A stretch of 63,431 nt of DNA, counting the filler, from Rhabdomonas costata (lineage: Eukaryota), in the NCBI GenBank assembly GCA_019059605.1. It is 46 parts of 46 records of this genome, joined end to end, with 100 filler letters (N's around TTAATTAATTAA, not from the genome) between each part and the next. Parts side by side here need not be neighbours in the genome. Positions count along the whole stretch, not along the records: positions 62,152 to 63,431 come from JAHMHO010020822.1; 45 more parts are not named here. One strand, 5' to 3'. The notes under the pieces are model-generated. The model was not told the DNA's origin. It made no database searches and worked only from the letters and a program-made list of their open reading frames with translations. How positions within the stretch are numbered: position 1 is the first letter of the stretch; each line of letters opens with the position of its first letter. The position numbers and the translations under genes were made by a program. Shown in pieces: positions 62,152 to 63,431 of the stretch.

Positions 62152-62796
62152 TTGGGTTGTACCGCGAGGACGTCTTCCACGGCACCGTGTTCGGGAGTGT
62201 GGGGTGCTTCTGGCTTAGGGTGGCGCTAGGGGTCTTGAACGGGTTCTACTTCTGTGCTTGGGGTCTGCTAATTACCGGGTTCCTGGTCCTCTCACTGCGC
62301 CGCAACATCGGCTCCATCTTCCTGTTCACCTCGTCCGGCCTGGCGCTGTACCTGACCGGTGCGGGGGTGGGCACGGGTGTCGTGACCATCGCGTACGCCG
62401 GGCTCTGGAGCTTGTATGGCGACTTTCTTCATGTTGTGAGGGAACGGTTTTCTATCTAACCTTGTGGGCATTTCACCTTCCCCAGGCTTGCCCTTGCATG
62501 TGCCGGGGGCGGGTGCTTTGTTCCTTGCTTTCACTCCCAGTGTGGTTTCCGGAAGCCTTGCGGTGTACGCCGCGTTTGGGGTGCTGATCCACGAGTCCTA
62601 CGGGATCCTGCTGCCCTTCATGGCCCCCATGCCGATGTGGTTCCCGCTGTGCTGCATCGTCCCACGGAAGCGCAAGAACAAGGTGACGTCGATCTTTGGG
62701 CTGCAGTTCACGCCCTCGGAGAAGGCGTACTACGGGGCCGGCTCGCCGACCTCCTCCCTGGCCAGCGCAGAGGCCCTGCCGAGTGCCCATCCCTAA
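62152..62796 (+). CDS. Acetate uptake transporter (GPR1/FUN34/YaaH family), exons to 62413 and 62541-62796
   Basis: DVFHGTVFGSVGCFWL, GFYFCAWG, SLRRN, GSLAVYAAFGVLIHESYGILLP follow the AceTr pattern. Confidence 0.75.
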
Positions 62797-63062
62797 GTCC
62801 TAAGTGTAAGGGCTCTTGATTGGGGTGCTGGTGTTCCTATGTTTCTTTGTGTGTGTGTGTTTCTGTGTGCGCGCGTGCGAGCTCGCCCGAAACGTTTAGA
62901 TGCCCCAAATGGCGAACCGCCCGATGCTCTCCATATTTTGCCGGCTGGTTTCTTGTGTTCCAGCTATCCTGGGACCTCTGGAGCAGAGTCGGTAGCATTC
63001 TTTATTGTGTGCCCCCTCCCCCATCTCTTTGTGTCCTCCGCTTCCATGTTACACTCCTCTGG

Positions 63063-63431
63063 TCTAGCAGGAACCTCTAAACTCTCTGGAACCACCTCAC
63101 CTTCCTCTGCGTAAGGACTCCACACTGTGTCTAACCCTCGAACTTCTTCCTCTTCGTCGTCATCTTCTCCGTAATCCGAACTCCGCAATGGAGTCTGTTC
63201 TCCACTCGGCTCGGATCTTGACCTCTCTTAACTTCCCTCTGGAGCAACACTCAGACCTGTGGATGGGGCTGGATCATCACTTCCTCCGTCCTCATCTGGA
63301 ACGCTTTCCCTTGGATCTTCACTGCCGTCCGCCTCATCCTCCGGTAACATTCCCACGGGGTCGAGCACTCTCGTCTCGTACGGGATGAGATCGCTCGAGT
63401 GAAATACTGGATGCGCTCTCCCCCACCCCCC
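63063..63431 (-). mobile_element. Ty3/gypsy integrase C-terminal remnant
   Basis: RAHPVFHSSDLIPY matches the gypsy HPVFHVSxLxPY motif; acidic tail carries an in-frame TAA. Confidence 0.7.

Noticed and set aside
62411-62540. Non-canonical (CT-starting) intron in the AceTr gene
   Set aside because: A GT donor at 62414 gives a correct phase-2 join; I found no intron in the window that requires non-GY borders.

Overview
This is not one locus. It is a concatenation of 46 unrelated ~1.28 kb contigs joined by 45 identical artificial 100-nt spacers (N44-TTAATTAATTAA-N44), so neighbours across spacers are not linked. Most contigs start with G/T-only and end with A/C-only bases, the signature of K-degenerate-primer whole-genome amplification, and several contig-end hairpins are fold-back artefacts. 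Most DNA comes from an intron-rich eukaryote with GC-rich exons and a standard code (terminal TAA and TGA both seen); a euglenozoan/euglenid source is my inference only. Recognisable exons: serA ACT end, ankyrin, FEX fluoride exporter, SDR, ARTC-type and PARP-type ADP-ribosyltransferases, CRAL-TRIO, IQ protein, DNAJC3-like TPR, two kinases, a TM+NIT-domain receptor, two ABCB transporters, EF1-beta, a myxobacterial-type Cys-rich module, RRM, a bacterial-like PLP decarboxylase, a UGM-like flavoprotein, a PP2A/Ppg1-like phosphatase and an AceTr transporter, plus Ty3/gypsy remnants. Best leads: (1) a GNRA-rich structured-RNA-like segment with interspaced hairpin repeats at 56.6-57.1 kb; (2) an AT-rich, intronless, giant-virus-like contig; (3) an in-frame UGA in a UxxC context (candidate selenoprotein); (4) a QxE-type ADP-ribosyltransferase; (5) recurrent GCAT GC-AG donors amid very weak GT donors. 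No complete new system can be shown from fragments this short.
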